From Sphacelaria rigidula (Eukaryota): a DNA stretch of 34,145 bases. The translations under genes were made by a program, and so were the position numbers. Below the pieces are notes generated by a model. The model did not search any database. It was not told where the DNA came from and saw nothing but the letters and a program-made list of their open reading frames with translations. Shown here in pieces: positions 24,126 to 34,145 of the stretch. The stretch covers positions 1 to 34,145 of the forward strand of contig CAXNAA020000027.1 in NCBI GenBank assembly GCA_964200075.2, written 5' to 3'. Positions within the stretch are counted from its first letter, which is position 1; each line of letters begins with the position of its first letter.

Positions 24126-25444
24126 CAGGGGTGCACATCGGATATCGATAGTCAAAACGATTTCGATAAACATCGACGATACGCAGTATCGATACCAGAG
24201 GATAGTAAACGGGTATTTGTTGGTACGTATCAATATCGGATATCGATACGCTCGATATTTGGCCCCTTCTTCATTAGCCCAATCTCTCGAACCCGAGGTG
24301 TTATTTTCCAAACGGCAGACCCCCAGTTGTTTCAGCCACCCCCCCCCATCGACACTCTACAAGTTTGCCTGTAGAAACGACACAACACGCAGCTCACAGC
24401 CCCGCTGCATTTCACCCAGCTTCTGCGCATCATTTGCTGCCAACGTCATTGGTGTGAAACATGAGCCGTGAGCCTCTCGGCTTTGTCCCAGGCCGTAGTG
24501 CAGTGTGTGCAGTGTGTGATTTGATTCAGCAGGGGTGTCTAACAACGGCGACATACGAGTGGCGTGGCGGCGTAAATCTGAGGTCACGATCACCCGAAGC
24601 AACATGTCGCTTAGTCACCACAACCATTGACGCGCCGGCGATCAATCAACATGCGGCTTTTGCTGCTTGTTTCGTTTCACGTCTTTTTTCCTTGTCTCGA
24701 TAAAAACAGGCCCCCAGTCCATGCGTTCATATACTGTTCGGCATCCAAAAATGAAAATCCGACGCATGCTGTCGTCGTTTTCTGTAAGTGGTGAAAAACG
24801 TCAAGAAAAAAAAGCGCGCATTTGAGTTCGAGCATGTTCGAGGTATTCGCTCATTCGGTAGAAACACACAGAATGATGGTCGTAAAAATAATTGTGACCA
24901 ATAATTCCACACCCGGCCTGCTATGATAAACTACCTCTTGCACGATGACGAAATATATTCGTTCGAAAGCTTCATCACTGCATGCCGCCACTGCTATGAT
25001 GACAAATTGCACACTACCGCTGGTGTACGTCATGTGTCCACCGCCATAAACTGTAAACTACCGTAGGTTGCATGAGATACCACACCCTCGCGGGCGATTT
25101 CAAAGCTCGATTACTCCACAACGAAGAGGGTGTCAACATCAAACGATAAGTTTTGGGAAGCTTTCTGGAGAGGAGGAAATAAGCTTTGAAAATCAGTCTA
25201 GGGGGTGTGGTATCTTATGCAACCTACACTAGTAGGTGAGCGTACCAGTGTGCCAGCGTACCGCTCGGTCTTGTACGCTGCGGCCATGCTATACCATAAC
25301 AGGCATGCCGTATCGAATATCGATACTCGATATGTATCGTGTCACTTTCGGAACATGGACAAAAATATCGGTATCGCCGGTTGTGGGTCGATATTCCAAA
25401 AAATATCGTATCAAACTTTTTTCTCGGTCCGATATGCAACGCTC
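24126..25444. mobile_element. Old non-autonomous hAT-like element (~1.3 kb)
   Basis: Left TIR caggggtgcacatcgga and right end tccgatatgcaacgctc match at 13/17. The 8-bp flanks ctcaacac and ttttacac match at 5/8. Both subterminal regions are packed with ATCGAT/GATATC/TATCG motifs. Confidence 0.7.
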
Positions 25445-25774
25445 TTTTACACAGGAGTCTGCACTTTTCCCCTGCAGCGCTGAAAATGATGAAATAGAGA
25501 GTGGGTCCGGGGTGCTCTTCCATTACTCTTGGGGATGACCCTTCTTCCGCCCATTAGTCGAGAAAAGTACGAGTAATGTTTTTGGGGAGATCAAATGTCG
25601 GGAAATAGGTCAAAAACGCCTCCAATAAAGCACAGTACAGTGCAAATAACTTGACAGATAATCCTGCATACATGGATAACAGGGCAGCTGTACACAGCAA
25701 AGTTCAGACAGCGCACGCAGTGTACAGTGCCCGCATGGTGCGTTGTACACAGCAGCTACTACCGCCGTGCGACA

Positions 25775-26360
25775 GTGTGTGTGTTGTCGTCCCATTTATT
25801 TTGGGCACCAGTCTACACCGTTCGGTATATGTGGGCACATCAGCCGGGGTCACACAGGAGGAAGGTCAACACAGGAGCTTTTTCGTTTTCGTTTGTTATT
25901 AATACGGTACCCCACCTTCCTTCGGCAGTGCTTGCCTTAATTTTTTATCGCGAGAGGGGTTCAGCAGTCCCTTTCCCTCGTCAACCGTCAAGGCCGCTCC
26001 TTATAATAGACAAAAATAAAAAACCTGGAAAAGTGCCTTTTTGAAGCTTTTACGCCTTTTAACGCCCCAAAAGAGAGCTAGACCGACTTTGCCACCTTGG
26101 GATGACTTGCTGTACTAGTTGAGGCGGTTCCAGGATATCTTTCCGTTTTCCCGAGGCCGCACTTTTTATTTTAGCCGAAGTAGATTTTTCTAGATTTGAC
26201 TGTTTTTCACGGTTCCCGAACAAAAATTCTTGTTTGGCCAAAATAAAAACTGCGGCGACCTCTGTTTTGGGGCGTAAAACGACGCAAAAGCTTCAAGAAG
26301 GCACTCTTCCGTATTTTTAGTTGTCTATTATAAGAAGCGGCCCAAGTCGATTTGTTTTTT
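25775..26360. repeat. SINE/LINE-tail-like dispersed repeat interrupted by a MITE
   Basis: Begins with a (GT)n tract. Its first ~75 bp have an inverted copy at 7704-7776. The ...ccgtcaa|gtcga junction is restored when the 25992-26342 insert and one TSD copy are removed. The retroposon classification is from recall only. Confidence 0.6.
25992..26342. mobile_element. MITE, 351 bp, ~85-bp TIRs, 3-bp TSD (PIF/Harbinger-like)
   Basis: Left end ggccgctccttataatagacaa...aacgccccaaaagagag. Right end reverse-complemented: ggccgcttcttataatagacaa...tacgccccaaaacagag. CAA flanks both sides (25989-25991 and 26343-26345). Confidence 0.9.
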
Positions 26361-26504
26361 GCAGACGAAATATACACCTGCAGCAGACAGCTGTAGCACA
26401 GAATTACATGCATACATTCAAGGCAGAAACATTCTGTCTATACGGCAGACGCTGAAAAGCACCCAAGAAAAAGCGTTGTACGGTTAGTATATACAAGCAC
26501 TGGT

Positions 26505-27727
26505 TAGGCTTTAGTTCCGTATGCGCGTTTTTTTCATGAAATTTATCTCCATTTATTTATTTTTTCAAGTTTTTTTTGTTTGTTTTTCAAGCCCCCCATT
26601 TAAAGCCTTTTTAGCGCAAATTGTGCGCGCTTTATGCGCCTAATCCCCGCCCTTGTTGTGGCGTTGTGGGAGTTTCCCCTCACGAGGCGCGCCTTCTAGC
26701 ACGAGGACAAGACGGCAAGTTGGGCATTAGAAGTTTTGTTGATCATTTTTAATAAAATAATGAAGTTTTTTTTTTTTTTTTCCCTTCAGTTTTTGAGTTT
26801 GGAGACCACAACCTGAACACCTACACCCTAATCCACGCACGGAAACAACAAACGTCACTACACTTACGATACTTGATACAGCAGTACGGCATTGTAGCAT
26901 TTGGACACCGGGCATTGCAGCCCTTGGCCTCTCGCCCGGCAAGCTACAAGCTTCAAGCTACCACCACCCCCCCCGCGTCATCTACCGTCAGTCGAAATTG
27001 AAAATCTTGTCGAACTACCGGTACAGATTGTACTTCATCATGACTACGGATTTGATCGGGTCACGTAACTTCTTCTTTGGCCGGGAGTTCAAGCACCCCC
27101 TCAAAATCGACAAAACTCGCTCTGTAGACGCGCACAATGGCTCGGTGGGTATAATATCCATCGCAACGAGATACCAACTGGGAAGCCTATTCTTGTTGTC
27201 ATGTCAAAACGACAGCAAACCGTACTCCGAGTGCGTGCCTGAGGCCGCGACCAAAAAGTCGTCCTTCTCGGACAGCAGGCCCGCCATGACCTCGTGAGTT
27301 ACAAACGCTGCTACCGCTCGTTATCACTTCTCTCTGTTGGTGCTGATGTTACTACTGCTGTCTGCTGTACAAATTTCGAGTGTATTACTTATTTAGTATC
27401 TTGTCACATTTTTGAAAGCAACATAGTGACGCGCGCATAAACGCACATAAAACGCGCGTGAAGTTGCGATATTTTTTGCTCGCAAGTGCTCCTTGTGGCG
27501 TAACTCGCCACCAGACAGGCTGACAGGCGTTAGGCTTCCGGCTCCAAAACTAAATACTTCACATCTTCATGGTCATGTTCCGTGTTCTTATTTTGTTGCG
27601 GGTCTGATGAGCAGACTGCTCCAGTTTACATTTAAGCTCGTTTCAAGCATTATAAGCCGATTATGAGCTAAAAACACGAAATTAAGCTAAACTTTATGCG
27701 CGCTTACGAGTACGGAACTGAAGCCTA
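26505..27727 (-). mobile_element. Internally deleted hAT DNA transposon (1223 bp)
   Basis: 17-bp TIRs taggctttagttccgta and tacggaactgaagccta (16/17). Perfect 8-bp TSD gcactggt at 26497-26504 and 27728-27735. Contains a transposase C-terminal fragment. Confidence 0.95.
27016..27295 (-). pseudogene. hAT transposase C-terminal dimerisation-domain fragment
   Basis: HEVMAGLLSEKDDFLVAASGTHSEYGLLSF*HDNKNRLPSWYLVAMDIIPTEPLCASTERVLSILRGCLNSRPKKKLRDPIKSVVMMKYN. It fits the L.FW....LP.W..A....PSSA..ERVFS pattern, with the W codon mutated to TGA. Confidence 0.88.
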
Positions 27728-27859
27728 GCACTGGTGAGGGTAGTACAGAGAGGATGTACCATGGAGTTAGAAAGCGGACGGTACAGCAGATGCTTTTTTG
27801 TCTCAAAGTAATAATGGCAAACGTCATTCGGGCGAGAGCCCATCCTTGATGTCAACACG

Positions 27860-28975
27860 ACAAACGTTTTTCAGAGTCAACAACAAACGATATTGGGAGC
27901 TGACTGTGTTCATCAAGAAGCCAACGGTCTTTTTTCGTACCATGTAAAGCTATTTTACCTGAACATCCAGGAACGAAACATGAGGGCGAGCATTCATTTC
28001 AATCCTCTGAAGATACGGCTTGAAATATGGGATACGTTTCTGTTGTAATTGATCTATACAACGAGGTAATAGGGTGTAGGCTGGGTTACTGCAGTCGTTT
28101 TGGATGAATTTCCGTGCGGTTGAAACAAGCTGCAGTGTGACTGTGGATACGGAAGAAGTGAGAGACAAGGCATAGCTCGTCGATGAAGAAATCACGATGT
28201 CAAGTATGTCCCATGCAAACCAATGTTCACTCTACGTTGCATCGTTCCCGCACACAAGATCAAAAGATGCTACAGTATGAGTAGTACCAACGAGTGGAGC
28301 TTGAGTGGAGGGAGAAAATATTTGGTCATGTTACTCGAACACTGCTGTGCATAGCAACTCAAATTCTCGAGGGGAACATTTGCAAAGACATACCACTAGA
28401 CAAGAAGTACTACAAGCTGATCGCAGGATGAGAGCCTAAGCATACCTCAGCACGGTTCACGCGTCGAGTGATCGGCAGAGGGTGGTCCGAGTCTCTGTTG
28501 TTACGAATGAGACAGGACATCCACCGGGCCTGGTTCAGTCCACAGTTGCGTTTGCACGCGCACTCTTCGCAAGGAGAAAGAGTGTGTACAAATTCCATGG
28601 CTTCACTTCTTCGCCAGGATTGCACTTCAGCCGGATTTTCCACGAAGGCGTTGGCACATGAGCGTGACGTTGGTGCTGACATTTTCTCAGCGCGGACCTT
28701 CCAGTACAGAGGGGTGGGCGCGGTAGATCCAGTGACTCTAAATGTGATGACCGACAGGGAGACACATGAACATCATTGTTCTGTGTAACTGCTACGCATT
28801 TATTCATCATTTTTTATCAGAGTACCCGAGGTTTGTCTTCCTATAATTTGATTTTCATATGTATCCTCGGCGCCGCGGTTGCTCGTCTCCTTAGCCGTAC
28901 GCAAATGCGGAGAGGTCGCGCTGGAGTGGAGGAGTGTCATGCCTCCCGTGCTTCGGGTGCTCTTTGTAGAACCGT
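27860..28975 (-). mobile_element. Penelope-like element (PLE) reverse-transcriptase relic
   Basis: Degenerate motifs in PLE RT order: GGMTLL...EDTY, PTPLYWKVRAEK (P.LY.LPKIHK-like), SCLIRNNRD, VFANVPL (LFTNVP-like), LLPRCID (RYIDD-like) and RIEMNARPHVSFLDVQV (I.FT.E....L.FLDV-like). No GIY-YIG domain seen. Confidence 0.55.
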
Positions 28976-29399
28976 CTGCTTGCAACATGCGGGTACGTCT
29001 GTCGGACAGTCACAGCAGATATTAGAGTACAGACAGTAGTACAACTGTCGGTATCGTTTTTTTACGAAACTTGCAACTCCAAACTAAAAGTGGAGACACG
29101 ACGGTGTATCTCGTACACGTTCAGTACAACAGTGCGAAGACAGTATTAACCATGTGTGCAAACGGTACAGTGCGGTAGGTACAGTGCCGGTTCTCTCCCA
29201 CCCCAGGAGCATTCTGTATTTCATCACTCCCGGCAATGACTTGTCATGTTCGATTGCGAGCATGATATTGTTGGATCTAGGGACTTATTGTTGGGTGGTG
29301 CTTTCTTCCTGTACTGTACTGTGGTGAAGATTCTTCTGAGGGTGGCTCTCGGGTGTTGCAAGTTAAACGGTGGTATGGTCCGATTGCGGATCACCGCCC

Positions 29400-31720
29400 G
29401 TGTGAGTGGGAGCCAGCTCCTCGGCGATGCCGCCTGCACGGCAGTCCACAGATATTACCCTCCACGAATGAACTCGGCTCTAGGATCCTCATGATGCAAC
29501 TTCGACATATTCTCTTGCCCGATGAAGTGGTGTAACCATTTTCCGGTTGGGGCACAACCAAACTGCCTGTGCATGTGGCATGTGTGTGGCAGTAATTCCG
29601 TTCTCTCATGTCTATCCACAGAGAAGCCGCACCGCGAACAGCGGCAATTTAACATGCACGCCGTGTGAGGTTCACGTCCTCTCCGGATTCGTATGTCTAT
29701 CTTGGGGTAGAAGGCACATGCTGTATTCGCGTCTTTTCAAAATATAAGCACTCAAATAGACGGAGATGCCCGCCACCGCTCCCTGCGCCCCGCCCGAAAA
29801 TCTTGCTCTTGGAACCCAACAGCTGGTGGCAAGAATCTTGCAGGAGACAGCAGAAATCCTCCCTGCGCCGTACCTTTTCGACGTGGTGGACAGCAATTTT
29901 AGCGCGCTCGATCGAGTAAGTCGTACGGCCTACCGACTGGTTTGCATTGCCGAAGAGGCGACAAGCACACTCGATGGTCGGAGCGCGGCGAATATCCTCC
30001 GACAGGTGAGTTCGTCTAAGGGAGCTGAGGTATACGTGGGAAGGCCGCTCAGCCTGTTTTGGCCCACTGAGATATATATGTCCGTGCGAAGAAGCGCACA
30101 GGCAAGACCTTTTCACTGCATTTGATCGTGGCGGTGACACCTTTGAAATAGTCGGTTGAACTGATCGTGCCATGCACTGTACCCTAGCAGTTTGGTATTT
30201 CTCTGTTCTGGCGCTGCACTTGATAACCCTCCGACCCTAACAAGGAAAATTTTCGAGCTAAGTGTTGGAGCCTGAAGTGAACACTTCGTCGAGGAATTTG
30301 TATGCACTCGAAGGCAAACGTTGATCTTGAGGTTTGGGTTGGCAAGAAACTGCGACATCCGAACACACTCCAAAACGGAGGATGTACTTTTCTCATAGTC
30401 AGCTTTGTTGATTTCCACGCGGCGTTGCAGTACAAATAAGTGCACAGCCAGCTCGCGTACCTTCCGCTCTTGCGGACAAGTTGTCGAGTCTTTCAACACA
30501 ATCAAAACCCCATGAGTCACATATGGTAGACCCGCTTCCTACCTGTACAAAACCTGCTGCCTCAAATACCTCTATGGTTTGCTGCGCACCCTGCAGTCTC
30601 TTGCCGCATGCAAATGGCCCAGTGAGGCATATGTTCTGTATCCAGCCCGAGCAGTACATTTATGCCATCAGATAATTAAATACGGTACATTTCGAGGGTG
30701 GCCTATCTACCAGTTTCGTCTCCCTGCTGGTATATGGAAGATTTCCCCGTTGTCACTCACCCCGCGCCCCCCTCTCCGCCACGGTCTATTGGGCGAAGAA
30801 GTACAGTCTTCCACTTGAGCCAAATAGCAGCCCAACTTTCCAGAGTAAGCGATGTCCTCTAAACCGTGCACAAACCCGGATTGCGCACTGGTATCAGGAC
30901 ATGAAAGCAAGAAATTATCAATGAAGTCTACTGTATTTACGACGGCATCAAAGTTCTTGCAAGCGTGCTTTTACGTGTGCGCGTTAACCAGGGCTGTGCT
31001 AGGACCATATATGCATAGGGCAATGTAAAAACATCCGGAAGGGGAGGGGAGGGGGGTAAAACACACAGCAATGTCGTGCCATCGAGGTCGTATCTGTCAA
31101 TAAATATTGGTCAGCGAAAAGAGGCGGCGGACTCGCCAAAAGCCGACCTGGCAAAGTGCACGCCATTTATGTTCCTATTTGCTTCATTTTCGCCTTCTAA
31201 TTTCTTCGCCCGCTACCGGGAAGGCCGAAAACATAAATCTGGAAAGTCCTCGGAAGGTTTTTCCAGACAATTCTTCTAGAAGTGTTTCTTGTCTGCACGT
31301 GGGCACTTGCGCAGCTCCTTCCGGACGTTGAAAATTGCAGCGGTTTGAGCGAGATTTTTTTTTTGTCATCGCTATCGTTCAAGCAGATTTTTCGAAAACC
31401 GTTTCTCATGGGGTTTTGAGTTTTGTACACCAGCTGGCAGGCGTAAATTTTCGGAGGCGAGGTTGCACTTGGTCATGGACTACAGATTTCAGATCGTACG
31501 CAAACGGTGAAAAAGGCAGGATAACAGGTGCATCGTGTCGCGCAGAGGAACGATGGCATAGCTGCATCGCAAGGACAGGGGATGGCGCCGAAGTCACCGG
31601 CAATTCGTCCTCGAAAAGACTTCCACTGTCAGTCCCCGATGAGTTCTCGCCGTTGATAACATCCAAGACCATCCGATTCATCACTGTCGCTATGTTGTGA
31701 AGAAGCTGGTGCACCATGGC
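29400..31720 (-). pseudogene. Decayed hAT transposase with BED-zinc-finger-like N-terminus
   Basis: In order on the minus strand: an acidic low-complexity first block (31406-31717); IVWK...MACTL...TTSMARH (BED-like, ~31070-31275); RPW...VSDNG and PSKCTVFNYLMA*MY (~30650-30790); ICDSW (~30515); RVHTNSS (~30300, TDN-like); KIAVHHVEK (~29875-29900); PR*T (~29700, RW motif with TGG>TAG); RILEP (~29480). Confidence 0.65.
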
Positions 31721-32194
31721 AAGCCTAACGTCTATGAGCTTGTCGCCAGACCTATATGTTCTCTATATAGACAGTGTCCAGGCTCCATATTCCTACCCCG
31801 CCGTGTGCATGCGGAGGCGTGTTCGGCAATATTGTTTTCTCAGCCAATTCTGACTCAACTTGAACAATGGAGGCATTTGTCACACGGGTGTTCGAGCATA
31901 ATATTCGTTGATAATTTCATCATTTTTCCACCCACTTTTCTCGGACAAGACGTCCCGCATCGTGTCTGAGAAATGTGTCTGAGAACGACTAGAAACTCTT
32001 TTCAAACTGATTTTTTCGTATCACACAAAGGGGCCTCATCTGGGAAACGAGTTCTCCGGGATGGGGAGTTTCCTCCAGAGGGGTAATTTTGCTGCCCATC
32101 TCGGCGAGAAAAAACGTTTTCGGAGATATCAAAGTTGGTCGGAACTGGGGTTCATCAAATAACACTCTGATTTTCAGAATTGTGCAACCCGTTG

Positions 32195-32500
32195 TACAGA
32201 TATACATGTAGTAATATCACACAGTACAGTACAGGCGGCACATGCCGTGTACGGTGCAGTACCAGTATAATGCAGTCAGTAGCGCTGTGCAGCAGACCCG
32301 ACAGTACACTCACCTGTAGCACACAGTTGTACAGTACAAGTACAGTACATGCATGTATACTCAAATGGCTACACAGCGTACTGTACGGTACATGCGGTAC
32401 AGCCGCGCAGACAGAGCAGTGTATATAATGGTACATGCAATTACGGGATATTGTCGAACAGGCAGGCAGTACATAGCTGTAGACAACGGATAGTACAGGG
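32195..32500. repeat. Low-complexity TACAG/CAGTA-rich tract
   Basis: Dense imperfect acagtacagt/gtacagc units. Similar tracts at ~25630-25770, ~13150-13230 and ~29010-29190. Confidence 0.75.
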
Positions 32501-32690
32501 GCCGCTGTTTCGCTCACCGAATGAATTATGGCAACTATCACCTAGGCGGGCGCCGCCATCATTGTGTGGAACTCGCCAAAATGACTTTAGAGTCGAAGGA
32601 ACATGTGTCGAGAATTGGTTTCGTCGAGAGAAGTCGCGGGGAAAGGTGACTGCCCGAGCATTATCCAGTTTTTTGTCGCATCGAACAGCA

Positions 32691-33084
32691 GATCATCGAC
32701 ATTGAAGATGGAGCTTTTCATCGAGGATGGTGGCCCGGGAAATTAAAAGCTTCGCATCTACACCAATTCGTCGAGATATGGTTCTATCTCTTCATCTACT
32801 GGTAGCTTTTGACAACACCTACACGCCATATGAATTTGGATTCCGATGACCGAAAAATTAGGGGTCCTAGGTAAAGAAACAAATGTTGAGAATGTAGATG
32901 ATCCGGCCGGATCACTCACTTCCCTTTCACCTAGGATCCCCAATTTTTTCGGTCATCGAAATCCAAATTCATATGGCGTGTAGTAGTCGTCAACCATATT
33001 TCGAAGAAGTGGCGTCGAGGCGAAGATTTCGATTTCCCGGGTCATCATTCTCGAAGGAAAGCGCCATCCTCAACTTCGATGATC
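32691..33084. repeat. ~390-bp foldback palindrome
   Basis: Inner arms 32819-32872 and 32929-32983 differ by 3 mismatches and 1 gap in 55 bp. Outer arms 32691-32766 and 33009-33084 match at about 60/76. A perfect 16-bp palindrome, tgatccggccggatca, lies at 32899-32914. Confidence 0.92.
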
Positions 33085-34145
33085 GGTGGTTACCAACCGA
33101 GCGGCGGCCTTGGGCTGTTCGAGCGTGCAGATCCGATGAAAGTCCAACGGTTGCGACGTTTTACCATTAGAAACGTGCGCTTAAACACGCCAACTCATAC
33201 CCCAGCATCTACAGATTCTCACGCTCGAAATCTGACGCCTTCAGAGGTAGCCTCAGTCCATCGCGGTACAACATGCGCTTTTTCAGTGGCGCTGATGCGA
33301 TTTTGGGCGGGTAGCAGCCATCTATCTATCTGCTTGATAATTTGTCACACTCTTTTTCGAAAAAAGTCCGTGTTGTCTGACGTATTTGTCTGAAAATAGA
33401 CGACGCTGCTTTAGTTCGACACCTGTTGGCCACGAAACGAGCAAATGATCTCTGACTCGGTTGAGGAACTAGGGTCCAGGCTATCGGACGCCGTGTACGT
33501 CGTAGTCACCGTGTTTACAGCGTGCGATGGGGGGTTCTATTTTTGCCATTTCGGTAATGTTACACCGCATTTCTCATTCTTCGTTTGCGAATTCGCTCGG
33601 GCTCAAACCACGCAAAAAACGAGGGAAAAGGTGCGTAGCATCGATCTCGTCAATTTTGCTCGCCTGCCGATTGTTTTTTCCCCAAAACGCGTCCCGATCA
33701 TCAGCGCAGCGAAACCAATGTCCTAACTGATTGCTACGTATGCTGTGGGTCGTTGTCCACCGGTTGTGCACATCGTACGGCCATCTTCCATGATCGTTTC
33801 ATGTTGCCGCCATTATCTCCCTGTAAGGGTTGCCTACACAGGCTGGTTGCAGCAGCATAACCCTCAGCACGAAACCAGAAGCATGAACAAAAACCCTCGG
33901 CAGCATTTTATTTTCCGATATAATAGAACGCGTACGAAAGTAAACGATACTGAATGAAATGTATCTTTGGCCTCTATACTGCCTCGTTTTTCTGGGTGAA
34001 ATTCAACTCCCCCTACGTGGAACGCTACCATTGGGCGGTGAAAGGAACATGTCGATTTTGCTGAGAAAGAAAGCCACAACGCGTTTTTCCCCGCCTCCAG
34101 CGCCCCCCCCCCCCCCCCCGCCAGGCGCGGGGGTGGGGCACGGAA

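Noticed and set aside
23791..24471. 226-aa + strand ORF
   Set aside because: It reads straight across the left TIR and subterminal repeats of the 24126 element and has no recognisable domain, so it is a chance open frame.
26998..27297. 99-aa + strand ORF
   Set aside because: Antisense to the hAT dimerisation-domain fragment.
1..34145. RIP-like or methylation-driven hypermutation, suggested by many stops at apparent TGG/CGA/CAG codons
   Set aside because: Ordinary transition bias produces such stops, CpG remains abundant, and ancestral codons cannot be established without consensus sequences.
1..34145. Endogenous giant-virus or prokaryotic operon/defence system
   Set aside because: No dense intronless ORFs or hallmark viral or bacterial genes; all recognisable coding remnants are eukaryotic transposon proteins.

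Overview
Eukaryotic, repeat-rich DNA of roughly 50% GC with one 10-N assembly gap (5530-5539). It has GT-AG intron signals, and its TACAGCAG-type low-complexity tracts and one dispersed repeat resemble brown-algal genomes (from memory, unverified). I find no intact host gene, rRNA, tRNA or CRISPR array. Most ORFs in the supplied track are shadows of decayed elements. The window is a transposon graveyard. It holds an intron-containing P-element-superfamily transposase pseudogene (+, core 2980-5056, possible long 5' extension from 1167) and two long decayed hAT transposases (-). It also holds an internally deleted hAT element with intact TIRs and a perfect 8-bp TSD (26505-27727), an older hAT-like element (24126-25444), a Ty1/copia gag-protease relic and a Penelope-like RT relic. 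A Harbinger-like MITE is nested in a SINE-like repeat. Other features are two long palindromes, a 42-bp-period array of palindromic units and an unidentified Cys-rich multi-exon gene relic. All protein assignments come from manual translation across frameshifts and stops and from remembered family motifs; no database search was run.
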